Source: Heptranchias perlo (lineage: Eukaryota). Taken from it: DNA of 64,000 bases. The notes beneath the pieces were generated by a model, which did no database searches, had not been told where the DNA came from, and worked only from the letters and a program-made list of their open reading frames with translations. The translations under genes were made by a program, and so were the position numbers. Where the stretch lies: NCBI RefSeq assembly GCF_035084215.1, contig NC_090346.1:9672001-9736000 (forward strand). The letters are read 5' to 3'. The first letter of the stretch is position 1; every line of letters starts with the position of its first letter. Below are positions 41,435 through 54,244 of this stretch, piece after piece.

Positions 41435-42212
41435 ATGTAAACGATGTCAATAGACAAGGTTGTAGAATTTCACAAAAAGCAGTTCAAAGATTTTAAAACA
41501 ACACAAACTTCAACAATTATTGCGAACGAAGACTAACTTTAAAAAAAGTTATCCCAAAAGATTGTCGAGTTTATGCACAAGTTTTACATGTGCATTTTGG
41601 GTGGGTATTTACTGTCCTGCATGAAGCAGATCAGTCACACAATTGAAAAAACTAACTGGGTTTTAAAAAAAACTACAGTATATTTGGCTAAAATTTAATT
41701 AAATCCATCTTTCTAATGTCACAAATCAATGTTTGTGGAGAAATAAATGTATGTGGTTACAATTTTCACTCCACATCTATAAGGGGCCAACAGAATGAGA
41801 ATGTATTGTATCAAGTGCATAGTGTTAGGTTACTGAGGTGACAAGATGGTGCTCACTATCAGAATATTTATAAGCACATGTCCAAAAAGTTTTTTCAAAT
41901 AAACCTACAGGTTTGATTAAAAATCTGAGCGTTATTAATAGTCCCAATACTGCCATTTTTGAAAGCAACCCAACATCTGATCAAGGGTGAACACTTGTTA
42001 AGTTTGCTTAACATCTGGTGAAACAAAATCAAAATGAGGGCTTTTCATTCAGGAAGAGGTTTGAGCATTTTCTCCCAACCCTGGGATCCACAGTACTGAC
42101 AAAAGGAAGTTACACACATACATCATGACTGGTTCCACAGCATTCTCCCAAACTCTGTATTTAATCTATTATGAGTCCACCAATTCTTGCAATTCTGAAT
42201 TGTATCTACAGT

Positions 42213-44651
42213 AACCAACTAGAGAACAGGCGATCCTAGACTGGGTATTGTGCAATGAGAAAGGATTAATTAACAATCTTGTTGTGCGGGGTCCCTTAGG
42301 GAAGGGCGACCATAACATGAAAGAATTCCTCATTAAGATGGAGAGTGAAGTAGTTGAATCCAAAACTAGGGTCCTGAATCTAAATAAAGGAAATTACAAA
42401 AGTACGAGGTGCGAGTTGGCTATGATAGATTGGGGAACTTTACTAAAAGGGATCACGGTGGATAGGCAATGGCTAATATTTAAAGAACATGTGCAGGAAT
42501 TACAACAATTATTCATTCCTGTCTGGCGCAAAAATAAAACAGGAAAGGTAGCTCATCCGTGGCTTACAAAAGAAATTAGGGATAGTGTTATATCCAAAGA
42601 GGAGACATATAAAATTGCCAGAAAAAGCGGCAAGCCTGAGGATTGGGAGCAGTTTAGAATTCAGCAAAGGTGGACAAAGAGATTGATTAAAAGGGGAAAA
42701 ATAGAGTATGAGAGTAAACTAGCAGGGAACATAAAAACTGACTGTAAAAGCTTCTATAAATGTCAAGAGAAAAAGATTAGTGAAGACAAATGCAGGTTCC
42801 TTACAGTCAGAAATGAGGGAAATTATAATGATGTGGAGATGCCGGTGATGGACTGGGGTTGACAATTGTAAACAATTTTACAACAATTATAATGGGGAAC
42901 AAAGAAATGGCAGAACAATTAAACACATACTTTGGTTCAGTCTTCACAAAAGGAGGACACAAATAACATCCCAGAAATGTTAGGGAACCAAGGGTCTATT
43001 GAGAGGGAGGAACTGAAGGAAACCAGTATTAGTAAAAAAAAGAAAGTGCTAGGGAAATTAATGGGACTAAAGGCTGACAAATCCCCAGGGCCTAATGATC
43101 TACATCCCAGAGTACTAAAGGAAGTGGCCCTGGAAATAGTGGATGCATTGGTAATCATCTTCCAAAATTCTATAGACTCTGGAACAGTTCCCACAGATTG
43201 GAGGGTGGCAAATGTAACCCCACTATTTAAAAAAGGAGGGAGAAAAAACAGGGAACTGCAGACCAGTTAGACTAACATCAGTAGTGGGGAAAATGCTAGC
43301 GTCTATTATAAGATGTGATAACAGAACACTTGGGAGGCATTAACGGGATTGGACAATGTCAGCATTGGTTTAGGAAAGGGAAATCATGCTTAACAAATCT
43401 ACTGGAGTTTTTTGAGGATGTAACTAGTGGAATAGATAGGGGAGAACCAGTGGATGTGGTGTATTTGGATTTTCAGAAGGCTTTTGATGAGGTCCCACAC
43501 AAGAGGTTAGTGTGCAAAATTAAAGCACATGGGATTGGTGGTAATATACTGGCATGGATTGAGAATTGGTTGACAGACAGGAAACAGAGAGTAGGAATAA
43601 ACGGGTCTTTTTCCGGGTGGCAGGCAGTGACTAGTGGGGTACCGCAGGGATCAGTGCTTGGGCCCCAGCTATTCACAATATATATCAATGATTTGGATGA
43701 GGGAACTAAATGTAACATTTCCACGTTTGCAGACGACACAAAGCTGGGGTGGAATGTGAGCTGTGAGAAGGATGCAAAGAGGCTCCAATGTGATTTAGAC
43801 AAGTTGGGTGAGTGGGCAAGAACATGACAGATGCAGTACAACGTAGATAAATGTGAGGTTATCCACTTTGGTTGTAAAAACAGAAAGGCAGATTATCTGA
43901 ATGGTGATAGATTGGGAAAAGAGGAGGTGCAATGAGACCTGGGGGTCCTTGTACACCAGTCGCTGAAAGCGAGCATTCAGGTGCAGCAAGCAGTTAGGAA
44001 GGCAAATGGTATGTTGGCTTTCATTGCAAGAGGATTTGAGTACAGGAGCAGAGATGTCTTACTGCAGTTGTACGGGGCCTTGGTGAGACCACATCTGGAG
44101 TATTGTGTGCAGTTTTGGCCTCCTTATCTGAGGAAGGATGTCATTACCATGGAGGGAGTGCAATGAAGGTTTACCAGACTGATTCCTGGGATGGCAGGAC
44201 TGACGTATGAGGAGAGATTGGGTCGACTAGGCCTATATTCACTAGAGTTTAGAAGAATGAGAGGTGATCTGATTGAAACATATAAAATTCTAGCAGGACT
44301 AGACAGACTAGATGCAGGGAGGATGTTCTCGGTGGCTGGGGAGTCCAGAACCAGGGGTCACAGTCTCAGGATACGGGGTATGCCATTTAGAACCTAGATG
44401 AGGAGAAATTTCTTCACTCAGAGGGTGGTGAACCTGTGGAATTCTCTACCACAGAAGGCAGTGGAGGCCAAGTCATTAGATGTATTCAAGAAGGAGACAG
44501 ATATATTTCTTAATGCTAAAGGGATCAAGGGATATGAGGAAAAAGCGGGAACAGGGTACTGAGTTAGACGATCAGCCAGGATAATTTTGAATGGCGGAGC
44601 AGGCCCAAAGGGCCGAATGGCCTACTCTTGCTCCTATTTTCTATGTTTCTA
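42213..44651 (+). mobile_element. 5'-truncated CR1 (subfamily B) in the SMCR8 intron, antisense to the gene
   Basis: Near-identical to the reverse complement of 1188-3400; RT motifs; intact 3' UTR ending ctcctattttctatgtttcta. Confidence 0.93.
42831..42884 (-). mobile_element. 54-bp Penelope-like 3' terminus inserted in the CR1
   Basis: Matches 57773-57826; duplication aattataatg at 42821-42830 and 42885-42894; sister CR1 (2780-2795) lacks the insert. Confidence 0.9.
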
Positions 44652-44755
44652 GTACTAAGCTTAGCTTTTGCTCCAACATTCAGTCAGATCTGAATTCACT
44701 ACAAAGTAAACCAGTCCTTAAATATAGATATATTGTACCCATATTTAATACGCAC

Positions 44756-47133
44756 CTCTGAAGTCCAATGAGTTTCCAGGTCTGTAAATGGTTGACATGC
44801 AAAGGGAATGTTACCCATTGCTTTATAGAGTCTGCAGCCCTGCCGCAGTGGGGGACAAATATTGACAAAGCATTGACAAGCTTCTTGACTTTTCCTTCTT
44901 GTTCACCTACTATTACAAGTGTCCGCCCAGACAGCAAAGAAAAAATTGCCTGCTGTGCAAAAGAATATTGCCTTATAAACCACAGCGAATTCTTCCCAGA
45001 ATGCTTCTTGCGCTTTCCAGAGAGCCTCTTTGATGGACTGGTTGGGAAGGCTGGAGATGGAGTCCTATCAGAACATAAAGATGCACTAATGTAACTCATG
45101 TTGTCCAAGTACTCATCTACTGGAATTTGAGCTGTTTCTCTATTACCAGATAAATCACTGTACTCTTTTTCGTAGGTAGATAATACTTGATCAGCAGCAT
45201 CATATAATCCATCTCCCTCATTTTGCTGTGGGAAATCACCGTGGAATATTCGGTCTATGGTTTTACTGCGTTGTGGTGGAACATTGACTACTCCATCACT
45301 GTACTCTTCAGTTACAAATGTAGGTACTGATTTAGTAAAATTTGGGCTTTCTGTCCCAATACAACAAGTGGAGTCTACATGCTCAGATAAAACAGACAAT
45401 GTTATGGTATTATTTTCAACATCAGCATTGCTAAATCCATTACCACAGTTTAGATTTGCATCAGTTTGCACAAGATCTGTACTCAGCTGCCTTTCTTCTT
45501 CATTGTCTAAAGCAGGTTCTTCTTCATGTATTGCACTTGGATAGGTGGCCTTAAGATCTTCGGGTATCAGAGATTCGGTGGTACTGAGAACTTCAATGCT
45601 GTCCTCACTGTTTGTCCGCTTGGTGACTGCAAATTTCCTCCTCACAACTTCTGGATGCTGACACTGCAAGTTTGTTTGGCTGTCAGACTTGGAGGAAAAT
45701 ACTGGGGCTGGGCAGGATTTTTCTGTGCCCAGCACTTCAATGCTTTCACCACTACTGATACTTCCCTTTTCTTTCCCTTCCAATTCAAGATAGTCTGAAG
45801 TTCCTAGAGGATTTTTACATGGGATCGAATCAGCCACAGTCCCATGGTAACTCTCTACATTGACTTGCTCCAGTTTAATAGGCACAGACTCCACACAAGA
45901 CTTGTACGATTCAAAGCTGGTGGCCTCATTGGATAAACAAGGGTGTTCCAAAACCTTTGGACCGAGAATATTAAAACCTGGAAGCAGTTTGTCACAGTGT
46001 TGTTGCTTTTCAGTTTGTTCTTCATCAGTAAAGAGCAGTGGGTCTTCAAACAGAAAGGAAGTTATTTGCTGCTGTTGAAGAAGCTCTTTTTCAATTTGGC
46101 TGGTAATCAAATAGCATACATCACCTCTGAAGAATTTCTCTACCTGCCTAAGTTGTTCTAAAGTTTGATTAAAAAAGTAACTATCGCAAAGTTCTTCTAA
46201 GGTTTTCAGCTTTTTTTCAAAGCATTTTGCGGACTTAGCCCGTGTGAATTTGGGCGTGTAAGATCTTCTATCGGAAAAGCTAATTTTTTCACACAATTCG
46301 TCTGTATTCGGCAACTGTTCCAGCCCGGTGTCGGATTGTTCTATGCCACTAACTGGCTCATAAGAAAAATAATCGCCATCTTTCGTTTTTTTGTATGAAT
46401 AAGTTCTAATCTGCATTAAAAGATCTTGATGTTCAATTATACACTTTTCCACATTGGCTAACTCGTTGGCTTTTTCTATTGCTACCGACGAGTAGTATCC
46501 TTTATCGTTGGATCTTTTCTGGATTTCCGTTTCATTATGTAACACATTCCGAGTGTACTCCAGGTCCTGGAGTTTCTTTTCCAGTTCATTGGCAAAAGCT
46601 TTCCTATTTCCAGTTTTCAAACACTCGGAGGCTTTGGAAAACTCTTCCGAAAGCTCCTGGAACTCCTCCATGATCTTGTTCTCATCGGCGGAGATGTAAG
46701 CCATGCAGAACGGCCTGACGAAGCCTCTCGCCTCCAAGTCGTAGAGAGTCAAGTGATGAACGTAGGCGAAAGCCCCTTCCTTGGAGTCACCCAGCACCAC
46801 CTTGGAGTCTTCCACGAAGTTGAGCTTGGGATAGCTGGTCCCAGGAGGGTGCCCCACGAAGGAGGCTTGATAATCCACAGACATGATCCTGAGAGAGAAA
46901 TAGTTGAGATCAAAGTTACCGCGGGCATTGTCCGGGATCGTTAACAAAGGCTGAGGGCCTACCTGCTCGGAAAACTCGGAAATCAGAATGAAATCCTTCT
47001 CGAATTTAGCCGTGGCCGTCTTGGACCAGGGGTTTTCGGGTTGGAATTGGAAAGGGGGCACCGAGTCTTCGCTGTACTGCTCCCCATAGTCATCATCGCG
47101 GGTGAGAGCCACGACATCAGGGGCAGTGATCAT
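44756..47133 (-). CDS. SMCR8: SMCR8 (C9orf72 complex subunit, longin/DENN) coding exon 1
   Basis: MITAPDVVAL...DFILISEFSEQVGPQPLLTIP...HHLTLYDLEARGFVRPFCMAYIS; ATG 47133-47131; donor AG|gtgcgt; 2378 nt, phase 2 fits exon 2. Confidence 0.97.
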
Positions 47134-47269
47134 ATTTCCACCTTCCCAGACAGGGTATATAAAGCACAAAAAAAGAGCAACCCCCTTAGCAACGCCACCA
47201 CCTCCTCACAAACCACCATTTTGTTTCCATCTGACCGGGAAAGGGGGGGGGGGGGGAGGGGGGTGTGTG

Positions 47270-47610
47270 AAGCCTCACCGGAAGTAAGCATCATATACCC
47301 CTCTAACCAAAAAACGCTTTCCCAAAAAGAATTACACGTCTCTTTTATGTAAATTGTTTAAAAATTAAGTAATTTAAAAGTTGTGATGGATATTAATGTT
47401 CCCGTCAACAAAAGCATTTTTTAAAAAAAAAGTTATGGCGTGAGGCATTCTGGGGGTTGTAGTTCTCCGGCCGCACTTTAGCCCTACGGCCAATGGCGGG
47501 GTGAACTACAGATCCCAGACTGCACCGGCGCTGCCGCGGACTTCAATGGGGCTTTTTCCCACAGATGTGCGCATGCTCGCGTACTCCGCGCAAACACGTT
47601 GCAGCGCTGG
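47270..47610 (-). promoter_or_regulatory. SMCR8 CpG-rich promoter
   Basis: Divergent ZNF143-type motifs (ACTACAACCCCCAGAATGC on - near 47445-47463; ACTACAGATCCCAGACTGC on + from 47505), CCAAT 47490, NRF1-like tgcgcatgctc 47568, ETS ccggaagt 47278. Confidence 0.75.
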
Positions 47611-47954
47611 CAGGATCTGGGTTTTAATAATCTGGGCTCGTCACTGCACTGGTCCCTCCGCTTCTCGGGTTTTAATGCAGCAACAGATTCTTAATGCAAT
47701 AAAATTTGGGATGTAAAAGTTATTCTTTTCACTCAGTAACCTGCAAAGTGAAATGAGAACCAGCGCAGCCCCAGAATGTTATACTCCTAAATAATTATGT
47801 TGGACTGATCCGTGCATTTTATTTCTGTCTTCATGGGTTGCTAAGCTGCCTCTCTCGGAGTCTGGTGGGCCTGCATAATTTAAATCAAATAATTTACATT
47901 AATTTCACGCTGGTGATACCAGCTAGGTGCTCTGATATAGAATTTATCCAAGAA

Positions 47955-48740
47955 CAACTTGCATTTATATAATACCTTTAATGTAGAATAACATTCCAAG
48001 ATGCTTCACAGAGGATTAATCAGACAAAAATGGACGCTGAGCAATATAAGGAGGGATGACCAAAAGCTCGGTCAAAGTGGTTTGGGATGTCCTGAGGTGG
48101 TGAAAGGCACTATATAAATATATCCTTCCCTTTCCTTTAAAACTAAAGTGCTTTGCAGCCAATGAAGTACTTCTGAAATGTATTCACTGGTGTAGGGAAA
48201 TGCAGCAGCCAATTTGCAAAATGCAACAGCAAATTTAAGGAGCGTCTTACAGGAGGAGAGGAAGGTGGAAAGGCAGAAAGATTTAGTGAGGAAATTCCAG
48301 AGCTAGGCCCTAGACGGCTGACGGCACAGTGGGACGAAGGGAGGGGGGAGGTTGGACAAGTGGCCAGAGTAGGAGGAGAGGAAAATTCTGGGGTATTGCA
48401 GTGCTGGAGGAGGTTACAGAGAAATGGGGGGATAAGGCTTTGAAGAGATTTAAAAACTAGGATGAGAACTTTAAATTGGGAGGCAATGTAGGTCAAAAAG
48501 GACAGGGGTGATTGGTGAGTGGGATTAGATGCAGAATAGGATACAGGCAGCAGAGTTTTGGATGAGCTGAAGTTTATGGAGGATGAGAAGCTCACCAAGA
48601 AAGCATTGGAATAGATGAGTCTGGAGGTGACAAAAGCATGGATAAGGGTGGCAGATGGTGGTGGAAGTAGGTGATCTCTATAGTATATGGGGTCAGAAGC
48701 TCAGCTTGGGTTTGAATAGACAGCCGAAGTTGCAAACTCT
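47955..48740 (-). mobile_element. L2 3' fragment interleaved with Deu-SINE pieces
   Basis: Similar to 5060-5550; SINE tails at 48080-48230. Confidence 0.6.
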
Positions 48741-49099
48741 AGCCAAGCTGTTTCAGTACAGATACAACACTGGCATCTAGCATGGATAGAGGATAGGTCA
48801 GCTAACAGGAAACTTGCTATTCCCACATATATAATGAAAACTTGCTATGACAACTTATCATGCTGTAATTATGCCGTCCCACCAGGGGAGGCCAAGCCAG
48901 GTAATTATAGCTGTAGGCCACAGCCCAATCACTCCCTTTGTTGAAATGGTGTAAATAGGAAGAGCCAGGTAATTGTAGCTGCTTCTAAACTTGTACAGTC
49001 AAACAGAGGGCAGTTGTAATGGCTTGTAATCTTCAGGCTTCAGGTCGGTGTCTCTGTATTTACCCCTATTTTTTTTAAGATTGTTCTTAAGCTTGGTAT

Positions 49100-49900
49100 T
49101 ATTGGCAGATGGAATATAATGTGGGAAAATGTGAACTTGTCCACTTTGGCAGGAGGAATAGAAAAACAGTATATTATTTAAATGGAGAGAGATTGCAGAA
49201 CTCTGAGCTACAGCGGAATCTGGGTGTCCTAGTACATGAATCACAAAAAGTTAGTATGCAGGTACAGCAAGTGATTTAGGAAGGCAAATGGAATGGAATA
49301 TAAAAGTAGAGATGTTTTGCTACAGTTGTATAGGGCATTGGTGAGACCACATCTAGAATACTGTGTGCGTTTTGGTCTCCTTATTTAAGAAAGGACATCA
49401 TTGCTTTAGAGGCGGTTCAGAGAAGGTTCACTGATTCCTGGGATGAGGGGGTTATCTTATGAGGAAAGGTTGGACAAGTTGGGCCTGTATACATCGGAGT
49501 TTAGAAGAATGAGAGGTGATCTTATTGAAACGTGTAAGATCCTGAGGGGACTTGAAAGGGTAGATGCTGAGAGGATGTTTGCCCTTGTGGGAGAGACTAG
49601 AACTAGGGGCCACAGTTTAAAAATAAGGAGTCTCCCATTTAAGACAGCGATGAGGAGAAATCTTTTCTCTTAGAGGGTCGTGAGTCTGTGGAACTCCCTT
49701 CCCCAGAGAGCAGTGGAGGCTTGACATCTTTAAGGCTGAGTTAGATAGATTCCTGATTAACAAGGGAGTCAAAGGTTGTAGTAGGTAGATGGGAAAGTAG
49801 GGTTGAGATCACAATCAGATCAGCCATGATCTTATCAAATGGCAGAGCAGGCTCGAGGGGCCGAAAGGTCGACTCCTGCTCTTAATTCGTATGTTCGTAT
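49100..49900 (+). mobile_element. CR1 3' fragment
   Basis: MRGLSYEERLDKLGLY...RRMRGDLIET; CR1-type 3' UTR. Confidence 0.85.
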
Positions 49901-51426
49901 CTACCTGACAATGTGGAAAATTGACCAGGTATGTCCTGTCCACAAAAAAAAAGCAGGACAAATCCAATCCGGCCAATTACCGCCCCATCAGTCTACTCTC
50001 AATCATCAGCAAAGTGATGGAAGGTGTCGTTGACAGTGCTATCAAGCGGCATTTACTCACTAATAACCTGCTCACCGATGCTCAGTTTGGGTTCCGCCAG
50101 GACCACTCGGCTCCAGACCTTATTACAGCCTGGGTCTAAACATGGACAAAAGAGCTGGATTCCAGAGGTGAGGTCAGAGTGACTACTATTGACATCAAGG
50201 CAGCATTTGACAGAGTGTGGCATCAAGGAGCCCTAGTAAAATTGAAGTCAATGGGAATCAGGGGGAAAACTCTCCAGTGGCTGGAGTCATACATAGCACA
50301 AAGGAAGATGGTGGTGATTGTTGGAGGCCAATCATCTCAGCCCCAGGACACTGCTGCAGGAGTTCCTCAGGGCAGCGTCCTGGGCCCAACCATCTTCAGC
50401 TGCTTCATCAATGACCTTCTCTCCATCATAAGGTCAGAAATGGGGATGTTCGCTGATGATTGCACTGTGTTCAGTTCCATTCACAACCCCTCAGATAATG
50501 AAGCAGTCCGTGCCCGCATGAAGCAAGACCTGGACAACACCCAGGCTTGGGCTCATAAGTGGCAAGTAACATTCGCACCAGACAAGTGCCAGGCAATGAC
50601 CATCTGCAACAAGAGTCTAACCACCTCCCCTTGACATTCAATGGCATTACCATCGCCGAATCCCCCACCATCAACATCCTGGGTGTCACTATTGACCAGA
50701 AACTTAACTGGACCAGCCACATAAATACCGTGGCTACAAGAGCAGGTCAGAGGCTGGGTATTCTGCGGCGAGTGACTCACCTCCTGACTCCCCAAAGCCT
50801 TTCCACCATCTACAAAGCACAAATCAGGAGTGTGATGGAATATTTTCCACTTGCCTGGATGAGTGCAGCTCCAACAACACTTAAGAAGCTCGACACCATC
50901 CAGGACAAAGCAGCCCGTTTGATTGGCACCGCATCCACCACCCGAAACATTCACTCCCTTCACCACTGGCGCACTTTGGCTGCAGTGTGTACCATCCACA
51001 GGATGCACTGCAGCAACTCGCCAAGGCTTCTTCGACAGCACCTCTCAAACCAGTGACTTCTACCACCTAGAAGGACAAGAGCAGCAGGCACATGGGAACA
51101 ACACCACCTGCACGTTCCCCTCCAAGTCAGACACCATCCCGACTTGGAAATATATTGTAAACAATTTTACAACACCAAGTTACAGTCCAATGATTTTATT
51201 TGAAATTTACAAGCTTTCGGAGAAATCTATCGCCGTTCCTTCATCGTCGCTGGGTCAAAATCCTGGAACTCCCTTCCTTACAGCACTGTGGGAGAACCTT
51301 CACCACACGGACTGCAGCGGTTCAAAAAGGCGGCTCACCACCACCTTCTCAAGGGCAATTAGGGATGGGCAATAAATGCTGGCCTTGCCAGCGATGCCCA
51401 CATCCCGTGAACGAATAAAAAAAAAA
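49900..51426 (+). mobile_element. 5'-truncated poly(A)-tailed LINE of a distinct CR1/L2-group family, containing a Penelope-like insert
   Basis: ANYRPISLLS, QFGFR, DIKAAFDRVWH, GVPQGSVLGP, FADD; ends gaataaaaaaaaaa. Confidence 0.85.
51154..51221 (-). mobile_element. Diverged Penelope-like terminal fragment
   Basis: Resembles 57807-57875 with several mismatches; flanked by gaaatatat / gaaatctat. Confidence 0.8.
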
Positions 51427-51557
51427 GTCTGGTTCAACTTGAAAGTGGCTTGGGTTGGGGGGGGGTGGAATTGGTGATGTGGGTATGGAGTCTGTGGCGG
51501 AGGCTGAAAATGATCTAGCAAACATAGGAACACGAATAGGCTGTTCAGCCCCTTGAG

Positions 51558-53410
51558 GGAGAGAGAAAACAGGGAACTATAGATCAGTTAGCCTGACATT
51601 AGTAGGTAAAATGCTAGAATCTATTATTAAGGACGTAGTAACAGGGGACTTAGAAAATCATAGTATGATTAGGCAGAGCCAACACGGTTTTATGAAAGGG
51701 AAATCGTGTTTGACAAATTTATTAAGAGTTTTTTTAACTAGCAGGGTAGATAAAGGGGAACCAGTGGATGTAGTATATTTGGATTTTCAAAAGGCATTCA
51801 ATAAGGGGCCACATAAGAGGCTGTTAAACAAGATTTGGGCTCATGGGATTGAGGATTGGTTAATGAACAGAAGAGAGTAGGATCATTTTCGGGTTGGCAG
51901 GCTGTAACTAGTGGGGTGCCGCAGGGATCAATGCTTGGGCCTCAGCTATTTACAATCTATATTAATGACTTAGATGAAGGGACCAAGTGTAATGGTGAAA
52001 CTAGAACTAGGGGGCATAATCTTAGAATAAGGGGCTTCCCCTTCAAAACTGAGATGAGGGGAAACTTCTTCACTCAGAGGGTGGTAGGTCTGTGGAATTT
52101 GCTGCCCCAGGAAGCTGTGGAAGCTACATCATTGAATAAATTTAAAACAGAAATAGACAGTTTCCTGGAAGTAAAGGGAATTAGGGGTTACGGGGAGCGG
52201 GCAGGAAATTGGATATGAATTTAGATTTGAGGTTAGGATCAGATCAGCCATGATCTTATTAAATGGCGGAGCAGGCTCGAAGGGCCGATTGGCCTACTCC
52301 TGCTCCTATTTCTTATGTTCTTATGTAATGAATCCAAGTTTGCTGACAATTCAAAGCTAGGTGGGAAAGTAAGCTGTGAGGAGGATGCAAAGAGTCTGCA
52401 AAGCGGTATCGATAGGTTAAGCGAGTGGGCAAGAAGGTGGCAGATGGAGTATAATGGGAAATGTGAGGTTATTCACTTTGGTAAGAAAAATAGAAAAACA
52501 GGATATTTTTTAAATGGTGAGAAACTTAAATGTTGGTGTTCAGAGGGATTTGGGCATCCTTGTACATGAAACACAGGAAGTTAACATGCAGATAGAGCAA
52601 GCATGTAGGAAGGCAAATGGTATGTTGGCTTTTTATTGCAAGGGGGTTGGAGTACAAGAGTCAGGAAGTCTTGCTGCAATTATATAGGGCTTTGGTGAGA
52701 CCACACCTGGAGTACTGTGTACAATTTTGGTCTCCTTACCTAAGGAAGGATATACTTGTCTTAGAGGCAGTGCAACGAAGGTTCACTAGATCGGTTCTTG
52801 GGATGAGAGGGTTGTCCTCTAAAGAAAGATTGAATAGAATGGGCATATACTCAGGAGTTTAGAAGAATGAGAGGTGATCTCAGTGAAACATATAAGTTTC
52901 TAAGAGGGCTTGACAGAGTAGATGCTGAGAGGATGTTTCCCCTGGCTGGAGAGTCTAGAACTAGGGGACATAGTCTCAGGATAAGGGGTCGGACATTTAG
53001 GATTGAGATGAGGAGGAATTTCTTCATTCAGAAGGTCATTTATTTGGAATTCTCTACCCCAGAGGGCTGTGGATGTTCGGTCGTTAAGTATATTCAAGAC
53101 TGAGATTGATAGATTTTTGTACTCATAGAATCATGGAAAGTTTACAGCACGGAAGGAGGCCATTCGGCCCATCGAGTCCGCGCCGGCTCTATGCAAGAGC
53201 AATCCAGCTAGTCCCACTCCCCCGCCCTACCCCCATAGCCCTGCAAATTTTTTACTTTCAAGTAAAATAAACTGTAAGGGAATGAAGGGATATGGAGATA
53301 GGGTGGGAAAATGGAGTGGAGGGTGAAGATCAGCCATGATCTTAATGCACGGTGGAGCAGGCTCGAGGGGCCGTATGGCCTACTCCTGCTCCTATTTCCT
53401 ATGTTATGAA
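51558..53410 (+). mobile_element. Decayed CR1 RT region with nested CR1 3' ends (51995-52323 on +, ~53125-53263 on -)
   Basis: RT motifs interrupted after GTKCN; duplication tgtaatg at 51988-51994 and 52324-52330. Confidence 0.85.
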
Positions 53411-53970
53411 CCTGTTCCACCACCATTCAATCAAATCATGGCCGATCCATACCTCAACTTCATTTACTTCCCTCCCTTGAGCCATATCCATTGATACTCT
53501 CACTTAACAAAAATCTATCATCTCAGTCTTGAAAATTTCAGTTGTTGCTGCCTCCACAGGCTTTTCGGGGAGTGTTTCAGATTTCCACTACCCCTTGTGT
53601 GAAAAAGTACTTTCTGATTTCACTCCTAAATGGCCTAGCTCTAAACTTAAGACTGTAGCCCCTTTTTCTGGTTTCTCAGTAACTACCCTATCAAAACCCC
53701 TTTATCATTTTAAATAACTCAATTAGATCATCCCTCAACTCAGGGAAATACACGCCAAGTTTATGTAACCTGTCCTCAAAATTTAACTCTTTAAGCCCCG
53801 GTATCATTCTGGTGAATCTGCGCTGTATCCCCTCTATACCTTTTTTGGGGTGCAAACTAAACGCAGATGGGCTCTACGCAACTAAACCACAACTTCCATC
53901 CCCTTTGTATTGCAGCCCCCTTGAGATAAGAGCCAACATTCCATTAGCCCTTTTGATTACTTTTTGTACC
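53410..53970 (-). mobile_element. Old CR1 3' fragment
   Basis: Degenerate similarity to the reverse complement of 43980-44640. Confidence 0.6.
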
Positions 53971-54244
53971 TGTTAAGAAAAATGAGTGGAACTGGAACTG
54001 AATTGCCTGTGCTTCATTTGTTGGCTGGCCAGACCTAGTAATGGCCCAGGGGCCATCTTTTTGGATACCTTTGGTTTGGAAGGTGAAAATTTAAACAAAT
54101 GTTTGTTCAAAGTGGATAGTTTTTAGCGTACGTCTTGAAATCCGCCCCCTCAAAAAAAAAATATATAAAATCTTACTTAAGTGACTAAACAAACAGGAAC
54201 CAGTTGGTTTGAGATTTCCACTTTCCCTGCAACTCCCTGAGACA

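Noticed and set aside
44680-47169. Single-exon 829-aa SMCR8 as in the ORF track
   Set aside because: The conserved start is at 47133 and the frame splices at 44756 to exon 2; both ORF ends are non-coding read-through
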